A DNA stretch of 64,000 nt from positions 479,184 to 543,183 of the forward strand of contig VMEP01000001.1 in the NCBI GenBank assembly GCA_007375595.1. Reading direction: 5' to 3'. The position numbers were made by a program, and so were the translations under genes. Positions 40,825 through 50,666 of this stretch are shown piece after piece (position 1 is the first letter of the stretch; every line of letters starts with the position of its first letter). A model generated the notes under the pieces. The model searched no databases, was not told the DNA's origin, and worked only from the letters and a program-made list of their open reading frames with translations. Source of the stretch: Parcubacteria group bacterium LiPW_30 (GTDB lineage: Bacteria; Patescibacteriota; Minisyncoccia; Phycocordibacterales; VMEP01).

Positions 40825-41793
40825 ATGTCTGACCACAACATTATTTTACCTTCAAAGCCGAAAGTTATTTCGGATGAGGAAACAAGTGCTGTTTTTGAAA
40901 TCGAGGGACTCTATCCTGGTTATGGACACACACTAGGTAACTCTCTTCGTCGTATAATTCTATCCTCCCTTCCTGGGGCTGCTATAACTGCGCTCAAGAT
41001 AGATGGAGTTAGCCATGAATTTTCTGTAATCGACGGAGTTAAAGAAGATGTTGTTGGTATTTTGTTGAACTTAAAGAAGGTTCGTTTTAAACTACTTACC
41101 GACGAACCACAGAAGGTTACCCTTTCTGTTAAGGGACCTAAGGTTGTTACCGCAAAGGATATTGTCACACCAGGACAGGTTGAAGTTTTAAATGGAGATG
41201 CTTACATAGCAGAACTTGTTGGAAAGGGTTCATCTTTAAATATTGAATTAAGTATTGAAAAAGGCCTTGGTTACGTTCCAAAAGAGGCGATGCATAAAGA
41301 CAAGGTTGATATAGGTAGTATTGCAGTAGATGCCATTTTTACTCCAATTCGTCGCGTTAATTACGAAGTTGAGAACATGCGTGTTGGCGATCGTACAGAC
41401 TACAACCGCCTACGTATTTTTGTTGAGACCGATGGTACATTAACTCCCCGCGAAGCTCTTGAAAATTCTATTGAAGTTATGATTCATCAGCTTAAAGCCA
41501 TCGTTGGTTTTAAGGAACCTGAAGTTGAGATTGATGGACGAGCTGTTTCTTCTTCTAGTAAGAATGAAGGTGAGGGAGAGAAAGGTGAAGACGATGACGT
41601 TATGAAGACAAGAATAGAAACTCTTGATTTTTCAACTAGAACATTAAATGCCTTGACCAATGCAAACATCCGCACAATCGGTGGTTTGGCACGAAAAAAG
41701 AAAGATGATTTACTTGAAGTCGGCGGTTTAGGAGAAAAAGGAATTCAGGAAATCAAGCGTGTGCTTGGTAATTTCGGAATCACACTAAAATAA
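40825..41793 (+). CDS. rpoA: RNA polymerase alpha subunit
   Basis: GYGHTLGNSLRRI, HEFS, DAIFTP, alpha-CTD. Confidence 0.98.
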   Translation: MSDHNIILPSKPKVISDEETSAVFEIEGLYPGYGHTLGNSLRRIILSSLPGAAITALKIDGVSHEFSVIDGVKEDVVGILLNLKKVRFKLLTDEPQKVTLSVKGPKVVTAKDIVTPGQVEVLNGDAYIAELVGKGSSLNIELSIEKGLGYVPKEAMHKDKVDIGSIAVDAIFTPIRRVNYEVENMRVGDRTDYNRLRIFVETDGTLTPREALENSIEVMIHQLKAIVGFKEPEVEIDGRAVSSSSKNEGEGEKGEDDDVMKTRIETLDFSTRTLNALTNANIRTIGGLARKKKDDLLEVGGLGEKGIQEIKRVLGNFGITLK

Positions 41794-41794
41794 C

Positions 41795-42151
41795 ATGCGT
41801 CACCATAATGCAAACAGAAAATTCGGTCGTGTAAGAAAAGTGAGAAAAGCACTTATGCGTTCTCTCGCGCTTGCTCTTATTGTTCGTGGGAAGATAAAAA
41901 CTACAGAAGCAAAAGCAAAAGAACTTCGACCATATATTGAAAAATTTGTTACAAGAGCAAAGAAAGATTCTCTTGCGTCAAGACGCCTTGTTGGTGCTGA
42001 GTTTTTCAACAGCACGAAAGAAGTCAAAAAACTTTTTGAAGTTATCGCCCCTAAATATGTTGAAAGACCGGGTGGTTATACTCGTATAACCAAACTTTCA
42101 ACACCAAGAAAGGGTGATGCAAGTAAGCTTGCTGTTATCGAATTTATATAA
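41795..42151 (+). CDS. rplQ: 50S ribosomal protein L17
   Basis: MRH, IKTTEAKAKE, RPGGYTRI. Confidence 0.97.
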   Translation: MRHHNANRKFGRVRKVRKALMRSLALALIVRGKIKTTEAKAKELRPYIEKFVTRAKKDSLASRRLVGAEFFNSTKEVKKLFEVIAPKYVERPGGYTRITKLSTPRKGDASKLAVIEFI

Positions 42152-42159
42152 AAAAGATT

Positions 42160-42504
42160 ATGAAATACACAATAGATGCTACAGGAAGAACAATAGGTAG
42201 AGTCGCAGCGGAAGCAGCTTCTTTGCTTATGGGTAAAAACACAACATCTTTTGTGCGAAACAAAGCACCGGAGGTTACTGTCACTGTTCTAAACTGCTCA
42301 AAAGCAAAGGTTACAGAGAAGAAAAAGAAGCAAACTCTATTTCATACTTACTCTGGATACCCTGGTGGTTTAAAAGAAAGGCGCTTAGAAGAGGTTGCCG
42401 AGAAAAAGGGTATGAAGGAAGTTATGTTAATTGCAATCACAGGAATGCTTCCCAAAAATAGATTGCAAGCCGTTATGTTAAAGAATTTGATTGTCACCGA
42501 ATAA
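42160..42504 (+). CDS. rplM: 50S ribosomal protein L13, short form
   Basis: IDA..GR.A..L.GK, YSGYPGGLK, GMLPKNRL. Confidence 0.93.
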   Translation: MKYTIDATGRTIGRVAAEAASLLMGKNTTSFVRNKAPEVTVTVLNCSKAKVTEKKKKQTLFHTYSGYPGGLKERRLEEVAEKKGMKEVMLIAITGMLPKNRLQAVMLKNLIVTE

Positions 42505-42508
42505 TAAT

Positions 42509-42928
42509 ATGGAAACTACAACAAAAACCAAAAAAGAAGGACGCTATATTGAGACAGTCGGCCGTCGCAAGACATCATCTGCTCGTGTTCGCGTAACTCC
42601 TGGAGCAAAATTGAATGTTATTGTTAATGAGAAAGACTACAAAGAATATTTCCCAACAGAAGAAATGCAGGGAATTATCACAGATGCTTTCAATAAAGCA
42701 AAGCCACTAGAGAAATACTCTGTTACAGCACTTGTTAAGGGTGGTGGTATTCACTCACAGGCAGAAGCTGTGCGACACGGAATAGCTCGCGCGCTATCTA
42801 CAACAGACGAGGAATTGAAAACTCGTCTAAAGAGACTTGGTTATTTAAAGCGTGACCCAAGAATGAAGGAAAGAAGGAAGTTCGGTTTGAAGAAGGCACG
42901 AAAGGCTCCACAGTGGTCGAAACGTTAG
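42509..42928 (+). CDS. rpsI: 30S ribosomal protein S9
   Basis: GRRKTSSARV, GGG..QAEA.RHG, KKARKAPQWSKR. Confidence 0.97.
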   Translation: METTTKTKKEGRYIETVGRRKTSSARVRVTPGAKLNVIVNEKDYKEYFPTEEMQGIITDAFNKAKPLEKYSVTALVKGGGIHSQAEAVRHGIARALSTTDEELKTRLKRLGYLKRDPRMKERRKFGLKKARKAPQWSKR

Positions 42929-43000
42929 TTTTCTAATAACACTCAACTATTTATCTATAATTTGATCTATGTAAAAAGTAGCTCATAATTATTTAAATTT

Positions 43001-43573
43001 ATGACAGATGAATTAAACGAGGAGGAAAATATTAAAGACGACTTTGCTTTTGAACCAGACGAAGGCGAAGGTGAAATTTCTGTTTCTAAACAAAAAATTA
43101 AAGAACTTCGTGACAAGCTGGCCACAGCGCTAAAGGAAAGAGATGAATATTTAGCTGGTTGGCAGAGGGCTAAGGCAGATTATATAAACGCAAGAAAAGA
43201 TGAACTTGCCTCGGGGACAAATGCGACACGTATTGCTAGCGAAAGAATGGTTTTAGAAATATTACCGGTACTTGATAGCTTTGCTTTAGCTTTTGCTAAC
43301 AAAGAATCGTGGGAAAAGGTTGATGAAAATTGGCGAAAAGGGGTTGAGTATATTGCATCACAACTGAAAACATCAATAAGTAATATGGGGGTAGAGGAGA
43401 TTGGTAAAATAGGTGAAGTTTTTGATCCCAATTACCACAATGCGGTAGAAAATATTCCAACTGAAGATAAGAAAGATGACCATACCATTGCGGAAATAAT
43501 TCAAAATGGATATGTTTTACAGGGAAAAGTAATAAGACCGGCAAAAGTGAAAGTTTTTGTTTTTAGTGAGTAG
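43001..43573 (+). CDS. grpE: Nucleotide exchange factor GrpE
   Basis: RAKADYIN, LPVLD, FDPNYHNA, GY..IRPAKV. Confidence 0.94.
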   Translation: MTDELNEEENIKDDFAFEPDEGEGEISVSKQKIKELRDKLATALKERDEYLAGWQRAKADYINARKDELASGTNATRIASERMVLEILPVLDSFALAFANKESWEKVDENWRKGVEYIASQLKTSISNMGVEEIGKIGEVFDPNYHNAVENIPTEDKKDDHTIAEIIQNGYVLQGKVIRPAKVKVFVFSE

Positions 43574-43601
43574 AATAGGAATTTTGTCTTTTGAACCCCT
43601 G

Positions 43602-43691
43602 TATTCGCCATTAAAATACATTACGGAGTCTGACGAGGCGAGTATAGTAAATTTTCAGCAGAAAATTATACGCGTATTTTAATGGCGAATA
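43602..43691 (+). repeat. Dispersed structured element, copy E3
   Basis: Perfect 18-bp inverted arms around the 54-nt core. Confidence 0.8.
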
Positions 43692-43701
43692 TTAAAAATA
43701 A

Positions 43702-43729
43702 TTGACAATTATAAATTATTCGGTATAAT
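43702..43729 (+). promoter_or_regulatory. Sigma70 promoter of dnaK
   Basis: TTGACA-16-TATAAT. Confidence 0.75.
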
Positions 43730-43772
43730 AATTTTAATTAAGATATTTAATTTATAACTTTGTAATAAAAAT

Positions 43773-45695
43773 ATGGGAAAAATAATCGGTATTGACTTAG
43801 GAACAACAAATTCGGCCGTCGCCTTAATAGAAGGTGGCGTTCCAAAAATAATTGAAAATATTGAAGGTAATCGTACAACTCCTTCGGTTGTTGCGCTTGC
43901 TAAAAACGGAGAAAGACTTGTTGGTTTACTTGCAAAGCGTCAAGCGGTTACAAATCCAGAAAATACAGTCTATGGAATCAAGCGTCTTATGGGTCACCGT
44001 TTTGACGACGCAGAAGTAAAACGAGACAAGAGTTTTTCACCATATGCTATTGAAGAAAACGAAGGTGGAGGCGTTAAGGTTAAGATGGGTGTAGATTTTT
44101 ATCGTCCTGAGGAAATTTCAGCGATGATTCTTCAGAAGATAAAACACGACGTGGAAGCTAAGATTGGTGAGCCTGTAACAGAGGCGGTTATTACTGTGCC
44201 GGCATACTTTGATGATTCACAGCGTAAAGCAACAAAAGATGCTGGTAAAATTGCGGGCCTTGATGTAAAGCGCATTATTAATGAACCAACTGCCGCTGCT
44301 TTAGCTTATGGATTTAATAAAAAGAAAAACGAGAAAATAGTTGTTTACGACTTTGGTGGAGGAACTTTTGACGTTTCTATCTTGGAAGTTGGAGACGATG
44401 TTATTGAAGTTAAAGCAACCGACGGAGATTCTCACATGGGTGGTGAAGATATTGATCAAAAAATTGTTGCTTGGATTGCAGAACAATTTAAAAAAGAAAG
44501 TGGTATTGATATTACTAAAGATGTTTTAGCGCTTCAGAGATTAAAAGAATCTGCTGAAAAAGCAAAACACGAACTTTCGACAACAATGGAATCGGAAATT
44601 AATATTCCGTTTATAAGTTCAGACGCATCAGGACCAAAACATCTTCTTCTTAAGATGTCTCGATCGACACTAGAAGAGCTTGCTCGTGAATTTATTGATC
44701 GCTCTATTGAAATTACAAAAAGAGCTTTTGAAAAGTCACCGGTTAAGATGGGTGAAATTAATGAAATCGTAATGGTTGGTGGGCAAACACGAATGCCGGC
44801 GATTATTGCTGCGGTTAAAGAATTATTTGGCAAAGAACCAAATCGCTCAATCAACCCAGACGAAGTTGTGGCCGCAGGAGCCGCAGTTCAAGCTGGTGTT
44901 TTGCAGGGAGATGTCCGTGATATCCTATTGCTCGATGTTATTCCGCTTTCCCTTGGTATCGAGACGTTTGGAGGTGTTGCGACAAAACTTATTGAAAAGA
45001 ACATGACTATCCCAACATCTAAGTCACAGGTTTTTTCAACGGCGGCCGATAATCAAACATCTGTTGAAATACACATTGTTCAAGGTGAACGACCAATGGC
45101 GGCTGACAATAAATCTTTAGGTAGATTTATTTTGGATGGAGTGCCACCAGCACCACGTGGAATGCCCCAAGTTGAAGTTTCTCTTGATGTTGATGCCAAT
45201 GGAATTTTAAATGTCACGGCAAAAGAAAAAACTTCTGGTAAAACACAAAGCATTCGCATTGAAGCAAGTTCTGGTTTAACAGATGCTGATATTGAAAGAA
45301 TGACCAAAGAAGCTGAATTACACGCCGACGAAGATCGCAAGAAAAAAGAAGTTGCTGATTTTAAAAATGATTCAGAAATAATGGTTTATACCGCGGAAAA
45401 ATCTCTACGTGATGCAGGTGATAAGGTTCCAGCAGAAATAAAAACTTCAGTTGAAGAAAAAGTTAATGCACTAAAGGCTGTTAAAAATGGAACCGATATT
45501 GAGGCTATTAGAAAGGCTTCAACAGAGCTTTCTCTTGAAATGCAAAAAATAGGAGAGGCGATGATGAAGGCACAACAAGAAAGTGGGACTAAAGAGGAAG
45601 CGCCAAAAGATGGTGGCTCAGGGGCTCCCGAAGATAAAATCCACGACGCCGACTTTAAGGAAGGCGATACCGGGACAGAAGATAAAACATCGTAA
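43773..45695 (+). CDS. dnaK: Chaperone DnaK
   Basis: [32 protein letters not shown]. Confidence 0.99.
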   Translation: MGKIIGIDLGTTNSAVALIEGGVPKIIENIEGNRTTPSVVALAKNGERLVGLLAKRQAVTNPENTVYGIKRLMGHRFDDAEVKRDKSFSPYAIEENEGGGVKVKMGVDFYRPEEISAMILQKIKHDVEAKIGEPVTEAVITVPAYFDDSQRKATKDAGKIAGLDVKRIINEPTAAALAYGFNKKKNEKIVVYDFGGGTFDVSILEVGDDVIEVKATDGDSHMGGEDIDQKIVAWIAEQFKKESGIDITKDVLALQRLKESAEKAKHELSTTMESEINIPFISSDASGPKHLLLKMSRSTLEELAREFIDRSIEITKRAFEKSPVKMGEINEIVMVGGQTRMPAIIAAVKELFGKEPNRSINPDEVVAAGAAVQAGVLQGDVRDILLLDVIPLSLGIETFGGVATKLIEKNMTIPTSKSQVFSTAADNQTSVEIHIVQGERPMAADNKSLGRFILDGVPPAPRGMPQVEVSLDVDANGILNVTAKEKTSGKTQSIRIEASSGLTDADIERMTKEAELHADEDRKKKEVADFKNDSEIMVYTAEKSLRDAGDKVPAEIKTSVEEKVNALKAVKNGTDIEAIRKASTELSLEMQKIGEAMMKAQQESGTKEEAPKDGGSGAPEDKIHDADFKEGDTGTEDKTS

Positions 45696-45702
45696 AATCA
45701 AC

Positions 45703-45735
45703 AAAAAAACTACTTTTTTGATAAGTAGTTTTTTT
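45703..45735 (+). terminator. Terminator after dnaK
   Basis: AAAAAAACTACTT...AAGTAGTTTTTTT. Confidence 0.7.
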
Positions 45736-45912
45736 GTTTTTCTTAAACTTCACCTTTATTTGTTTTTATGTATAATTCCGTATAATAATCCCGTTAGAAA
45801 TCACGCAGTTATGTTTACGGGATAAAGACGAATAAAATCGGTAATTAAAAATGAGAAAGATTATATTAAAATTAAATGATAGAAGTATTTTATACTTCTA
45901 ATTTCTAATGGG

Positions 45913-46992
45913 ATGCAAAAAGACTACTACCAAATTTTAGGAGTTGAGCGAAAGGCTTCTAAAGAGGAAATAAAAAAAGCTTTTCACAAGCTAGCTCACA
46001 AATATCATCCTGATAAAAAGGGGGGTGATGAGGAGCGATTTAAAGAGGTAAACGAAGCATACCAGGTTCTTTCCAATGAAAAGAAAAGGTCTGAGTATGA
46101 TACTTATGGCCAAGTTTTTAATGATGGAAGTGGTCAGCAACAAGGGGCATCTGGATTTCATGGTTTTGATCCATCACAGTTTGGTGATTTTGATTTTAGT
46201 AACGCTGGTGGTTTTGGAGATATTTTTAGTGAAATATTTAACGGCGGTCGTGGTGGCGCACAAGGAAGACGTGGCTCCGATATTTCTATTGAAATAACAG
46301 TAAGCTTTTCAGAATCAATCTTTGGAACAACTCGCAAAGTTTTGATAACAAAAAGAGCGCTATGCGATACCTGTAAAGGAGACGGCGAAAAGCCGGGAAC
46401 AAAACGTAAGAAGTGTGATACCTGTAATGGTCAAGGAAAAGTTCGCGAGACAAAGAAATCGTTTATAGGTGTTTTCACGAGCGTGAGAGAATGTAATTCT
46501 TGTATGGGCTCTGGCACAATTCCAGAAGAGAAGTGTTCAACCTGTAAAGGTCAAGGCATTCTTAGGAAGCAGGAAGAAATTGCTATCCATGTTCCAGCGG
46601 GAATTGAAAATGGTGAAATGATTCGTCTTTCAGGTATGGGTGAAGCAGTTTTGCGTGGTGTTTCTGGTGATTTGTACGTTAAGATAAGCGTTTTGCCACA
46701 CCAGACCTTGAAACGCGAAGGAAACAACCTAACAATGAATCTTGATATTAAACTGACAGAAGCGTTGCTTGGGGGAGAGCGTTCGATTGATACTCTTGAC
46801 GGGAAAATTGATTTGAAAATTCCAGAAGGCGTTAATACTGGAGAAATTCTTCGACTAAAAGGTAAGGGCGTCCCACAGGGTAATAATAACCAAAGAGGAG
46901 ATTTGCTTGTGAAAATAAAAGTTGTTTTGCCCCATAAACTATCCAAAAAAGCCCGTGGCATAGTAGAGGACTTAAAGGGAGAGGGAATGTAA
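45913..46992 (+). CDS. dnaJ: Chaperone DnaJ
   Basis: HPD J-domain, G/F region, four CxxCxGxG. Confidence 0.98.
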   Translation: MQKDYYQILGVERKASKEEIKKAFHKLAHKYHPDKKGGDEERFKEVNEAYQVLSNEKKRSEYDTYGQVFNDGSGQQQGASGFHGFDPSQFGDFDFSNAGGFGDIFSEIFNGGRGGAQGRRGSDISIEITVSFSESIFGTTRKVLITKRALCDTCKGDGEKPGTKRKKCDTCNGQGKVRETKKSFIGVFTSVRECNSCMGSGTIPEEKCSTCKGQGILRKQEEIAIHVPAGIENGEMIRLSGMGEAVLRGVSGDLYVKISVLPHQTLKREGNNLTMNLDIKLTEALLGGERSIDTLDGKIDLKIPEGVNTGEILRLKGKGVPQGNNNQRGDLLVKIKVVLPHKLSKKARGIVEDLKGEGM

Positions 46993-46997
46993 ATAAA

Positions 46998-48437
46998 ATG
47001 ACAATTCTCGGCGCATCAGTATTTATATATCTTGTTGCGATGATACCAGTGAGCTTTTATGCTTCACGATTTGTTAAGAACTCAAAAGATTATGTTTTAG
47101 CTGGGCGAAACTTGCCTTTTTATATGGCACTTGCCACTGTTTTTGCTACTTGGTTTGGATCAGAATCTATTTTAGGGGCTAGTTCAAAAATGGCAGAGGG
47201 TGGTTTTTTAAACGTGATTGAAGATCCGTTTGGCGCCGGGTTATGTCTTATTTTAATTGGTTTATTTTTTGCAAAAAAATTATATTCATTAAATCATTTA
47301 ACAATAGGAGACTACTTTGCTGAACGTTATAACAAGACAGTTGCGATGCTTTTAAGTATCGCCATAACTGTCACTTATTTTGGTTGGGTCGCCGCGCAAT
47401 TTGTTGCGCTTGGTATTATCATGCAGTTCGTTTTTGGGATGTCTTTTATAAATGGTTTATTGGTAGCAGCAGGGGTTGTTGTTCTTTATACATACATTGG
47501 TGGAATGTGGTCGGTTGTTATGCATGACCTTATACAAACCACAATAATTATTTTAGGGCTTTTCGCAATATTAATTGAAATAACCTATAAAATAAGTATC
47601 CACGATGTAATCGTGGCAACCCCTCCAGAATTTTTTAATATTATTCCGGAACATACAACTAAAGATTGGCTTGCGTTTATTGCGGCATTAATGACAATTG
47701 GCCTCGGCTCAATTCCACAGCAAGATGTTTATCAAAGAGCGATGTCTGCAAAATCAGCAGATGTATCAAAATGGGCCGCGATTGTGGGCGGAGTGTTGTA
47801 TTTTACAATCGTTTTAATTCCAATTTTCTTAGGGCTTGCCGCTCGCGCACTTTATCCGGAATTAGTTGCCCCAGGGGCAGATTCTCAGCTTTTGATACCA
47901 ACTCTTATTGCTAATAATACAAACATATTTACTCAGGTAATATTTTATGGGGCATTACTCTCAGCAATCATGAGTACTGCCTCGGGGGCGCTTCTTGCTC
48001 CTGCAACACTACTTGCAGAAAATATTATTAAGCCCTTTTTCCCACGTGTATCTGACATTCGTTTGTTGCGTTTTATTAAAATATCGATTTTGGTTATTTC
48101 TGCTGGTGCAATATTGCTCGCAGTTAAACAAGGAAATATTTACGAATTGGTTGGTGGTGCGTATTCAATAACACTTGTTTCTGCTTTTGTGCCACTTGCT
48201 GCTGGTTTGTATTTAAAGAAGGCAAATAGTTTAGGAGCAATGTTTGCAATGCTTCTCGGGGCGCTTTCTTGGCAATACGTTGAACATTTCACAGATGAGA
48301 ATTTTATTGTTCCTTCAATAATTGTTGGCTTTTTGGCTAGTATTACTGGTATGCTATTAGGAATCATTGTTGAGCGTGTTGTTTTAAACAAAAAACAGAC
48401 GACAGGCGAGAACATTTCTGTTCAAATGAATAATTAA
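46998..48437 (+). CDS. Sodium:solute symporter family protein
   Basis: DYVLAGR, ATWFG, YTYIGGMWSV, QDVYQR, SAIMSTA. Confidence 0.9.
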   Translation: MTILGASVFIYLVAMIPVSFYASRFVKNSKDYVLAGRNLPFYMALATVFATWFGSESILGASSKMAEGGFLNVIEDPFGAGLCLILIGLFFAKKLYSLNHLTIGDYFAERYNKTVAMLLSIAITVTYFGWVAAQFVALGIIMQFVFGMSFINGLLVAAGVVVLYTYIGGMWSVVMHDLIQTTIIILGLFAILIEITYKISIHDVIVATPPEFFNIIPEHTTKDWLAFIAALMTIGLGSIPQQDVYQRAMSAKSADVSKWAAIVGGVLYFTIVLIPIFLGLAARALYPELVAPGADSQLLIPTLIANNTNIFTQVIFYGALLSAIMSTASGALLAPATLLAENIIKPFFPRVSDIRLLRFIKISILVISAGAILLAVKQGNIYELVGGAYSITLVSAFVPLAAGLYLKKANSLGAMFAMLLGALSWQYVEHFTDENFIVPSIIVGFLASITGMLLGIIVERVVLNKKQTTGENISVQMNN

Positions 48438-48441
48438 ATAA

Positions 48442-49086
48442 ATGAAAGAATTTTTACCACCTTTTTTTCTACAGAATCTAGTTTGGGTGCCTACTCGAAT
48501 ATTTCTAAAATTTTTTGGACATTTTGAAATTATTGGATTTGAGAATTTGAAAAACCTAAAAGGAAAAATTATTTTTGTTAGTAATCATAGTAGTGAACTT
48601 GATCCAATATTATTACCGGCCTCGTTCCCATTTTTGTCACGATTCTCACCAGCTTTCTACACATCAAGAGAGAAGGAGTTTTATGATAGACATTCTTTTT
48701 TAAAATGGCTTTTTTATCGTGAATGGTTTTTCGAAATATGGGGCGCGTATCGCGTTTTAGTTGGAAAGCATGATTACGAAAAATCACTAAAAAAGCATCT
48801 AGAAATTTTAAACAAAGGACACTCTTTGTTAGTTTTCCCGGAAGGTGAAAAAACTAAGGATGGAAATTTGTTGCCCGCACACGGTGGAGCGATATATCTA
48901 GCAAGGGCTTCACAGGCGCCGATAGTGCCAACTTCAATTAAGGGTGTTTTCAATATCAAATTAAGTGATTTTATTTTTCGTCGCGCGAGAATAAAGATAA
49001 TCTTTGGTACTCCGGTTTTTCCATTAACCGATGATTATAAAACAGAGATACAAAAAATTATGGATATTATCGCGAAAAATCTTTAA
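48442..49086 (+). CDS. PlsC-family acyltransferase
   Basis: NHSSELD (HxxxxD), FPEG. Confidence 0.85.
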   Translation: MKEFLPPFFLQNLVWVPTRIFLKFFGHFEIIGFENLKNLKGKIIFVSNHSSELDPILLPASFPFLSRFSPAFYTSREKEFYDRHSFLKWLFYREWFFEIWGAYRVLVGKHDYEKSLKKHLEILNKGHSLLVFPEGEKTKDGNLLPAHGGAIYLARASQAPIVPTSIKGVFNIKLSDFIFRRARIKIIFGTPVFPLTDDYKTEIQKIMDIIAKNL

Positions 49087-49114
49087 TAGTTATTTTTTAT
49101 CGCTAGCTTTAACC

Positions 49115-49417
49115 TTGACTCTCAATATAAAAACAAAAAAATTTAAGCGGAATATTGAAGACTTTACTTGTAGTGAATGTGGTTTTTTTGTTGAGGGGAA
49201 TGGTTATACAAACCACTGTCCAAAATGTTTATGGAGTAAACACGTTGATATAAATCCAGGAGATAGAAAATCCGATTGTTTAGGATCTATGGAACCAACT
49301 GGGGTTGAGGTTAAGGCGGGGGAGTATGTAATTACACACCAGTGTATTAAATGTGGTTTTGTTCGAAAAAATAAAACCACAAAAGATGACGATTTTAATT
49401 TATTGTTGAACTTATAA
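49115..49417 (+). CDS. RNHCP-domain zinc-binding protein (start uncertain)
   Basis: FTCSECG, TNHCPKCLWSKHVD..PGDR..C, HQCIKCG. Confidence 0.85.
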   Translation: MTLNIKTKKFKRNIEDFTCSECGFFVEGNGYTNHCPKCLWSKHVDINPGDRKSDCLGSMEPTGVEVKAGEYVITHQCIKCGFVRKNKTTKDDDFNLLLNL

Positions 49418-50342
49418 TGTTTTTAGACCGCTTTTCTGTTAATACGTCGGCGATTTTTATAAAAAATTCTTCGTCTATTTTTTTCTTGTTGTTTACATAT
49501 TCCCAGAAAAAATCTTTACAATAAAAAGCGTATAAATAATAGACTCGGTGAAAACTATAATTATCTTTTTTATTAAACTTTCCATTCAGTAATTCATCTT
49601 TATCTGTAAATTGTTTTGGGTTATATTTTTGTAAATTATAAATACCCTCTTTTTTACCAAGATAACTAAAGTCCCAATTTGAAAATAAATTGGCAAGTAT
49701 TTCTCTTGTTATATAATATCCATTTCCAAATTCCTTTTTTAACAAAAACCAAGATTTATAGAAGTCTTTTTCTCTTGGTCTAAAAATATTTTTTATTTTT
49801 TCTAAAACACGTTCTTTTTCGTGTAAGTGGGCTAGTTCGTGAATTAAATTAATTTTCAAGTTTGAAATATAGTCCTTACTCTTCTTGTTTAGTATATAAA
49901 TATAGATAGAATCTATACTGGAGCTTGCACTAGCACCAACGTTTTTTTTGTCTAAATATGACGGCAAAAGGTATATATTGATATTTTTGACTTTAATACC
50001 ATAAAACCCCTCTATAACTTTTATTGTTTCTTGAACATTAAATTTTTTTATAATATTTTTAGAGAATAGAAAATTTTTACCATTTTTTATTTCAAAATCT
50101 TTTTCTGAAATTATACTTTTTATGTATTCAAAGAGTTTCTCTTCTAACTTTCTATCACTGTCATTTTTTTTAGATAGCAAAGATTTTACTTCTTTTAGGT
50201 TTTTGCGCGTAAAAAATAATTTTTTTATAGCTTGAAACTCTTCTTTTATGAAAGATGGAAGTATTTTGTCATCATTTTCTTTAATAAAATTAAGTACCAA
50301 TCTGTCAACAAAAACCTTATATCCGTAATTTATTTTTATCAT
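49395..50342 (-). CDS. HExxH-motif protein, putative zinc metallopeptidase
   Basis: LIHELAH followed by a downstream Glu (TREILAN); very AT-rich. Confidence 0.6.
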   Translation of the reverse strand: MIKINYGYKVFVDRLVLNFIKENDDKILPSFIKEEFQAIKKLFFTRKNLKEVKSLLSKKNDSDRKLEEKLFEYIKSIISEKDFEIKNGKNFLFSKNIIKKFNVQETIKVIEGFYGIKVKNINIYLLPSYLDKKNVGASASSSIDSIYIYILNKKSKDYISNLKINLIHELAHLHEKERVLEKIKNIFRPREKDFYKSWFLLKKEFGNGYYITREILANLFSNWDFSYLGKKEGIYNLQKYNPKQFTDKDELLNGKFNKKDNYSFHRVYYLYAFYCKDFFWEYVNNKKKIDEEFFIKIADVLTEKRSKNIISSTIN

Positions 50343-50387
50343 AATTTAGAAAATCTTTATTTAGGTTATATGTGTTTAATGGCAACG

Positions 50388-50418
50388 AAAACGGGTAGAA
50401 GCGCAAAACTTCTACCCG
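50388..50418 (-). terminator. Intrinsic terminator of the peptide gene
   Basis: On - strand CGGGTAGAAG-loop-CTTCTACCCG-TTTT. Confidence 0.8.
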
Positions 50419-50436
50419 CACGACCAGGCCGAAGGG

Positions 50437-50523
50437 TCAAGCTGGGGGATTCCCCGGATTGTTGCCCTGCTCATCCGCGGGCGTGGAGTCCCAGTCGTCA
50501 TCGCCACCAAACAGCTTTTTCAT
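50437..50523 (-). CDS. 28-aa peptide MKKLFGGDDDWDSTPADEQGNNPGNPPA, absent from the ORF track
   Basis: GAGGAG SD 6 nt upstream, TTGACA-17-CATGCT candidate promoter (50610-50582), own terminator. Confidence 0.7.
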   Translation of the reverse strand: MKKLFGGDDDWDSTPADEQGNNPGNPPA

Positions 50524-50625
50524 TTAAATCTCCTCGTGACCTACCGGTTAAGAAATCCCAACCTTTTAATAGGCCATATAAAGCATGACGTTTTATTTAT
50601 ATTATGTCAACGCCTAGAATCCTCG

Positions 50626-50666
50626 GTATTTTTACGGTATAATTTCGACATGAATTCGCACCGACC
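50626..50666 (+). repeat. 41-bp imperfect direct repeat, left copy (contains TATAAT and ATG)
   Basis: 37/41 identical to 55106-55146. Confidence 0.85.

Noticed and set aside
24352-43691. Repeats considered as a CRISPR array or integron attC sites
   Set aside because: They are dispersed rather than regularly spaced, no cas or integrase gene is present, and they do not separate tandem cassettes
43574-43772. CIRCE operator before dnaK
   Set aside because: No TTAGCACTC-N9-GAGTGCTAA; the inverted repeat there is element E3
50232-50588. 118-aa plus-strand ORF, and the 50536 start for the TPR gene
   Set aside because: Antisense to the peptide gene and its terminator; ATG 50650 after TATAAT is the better start
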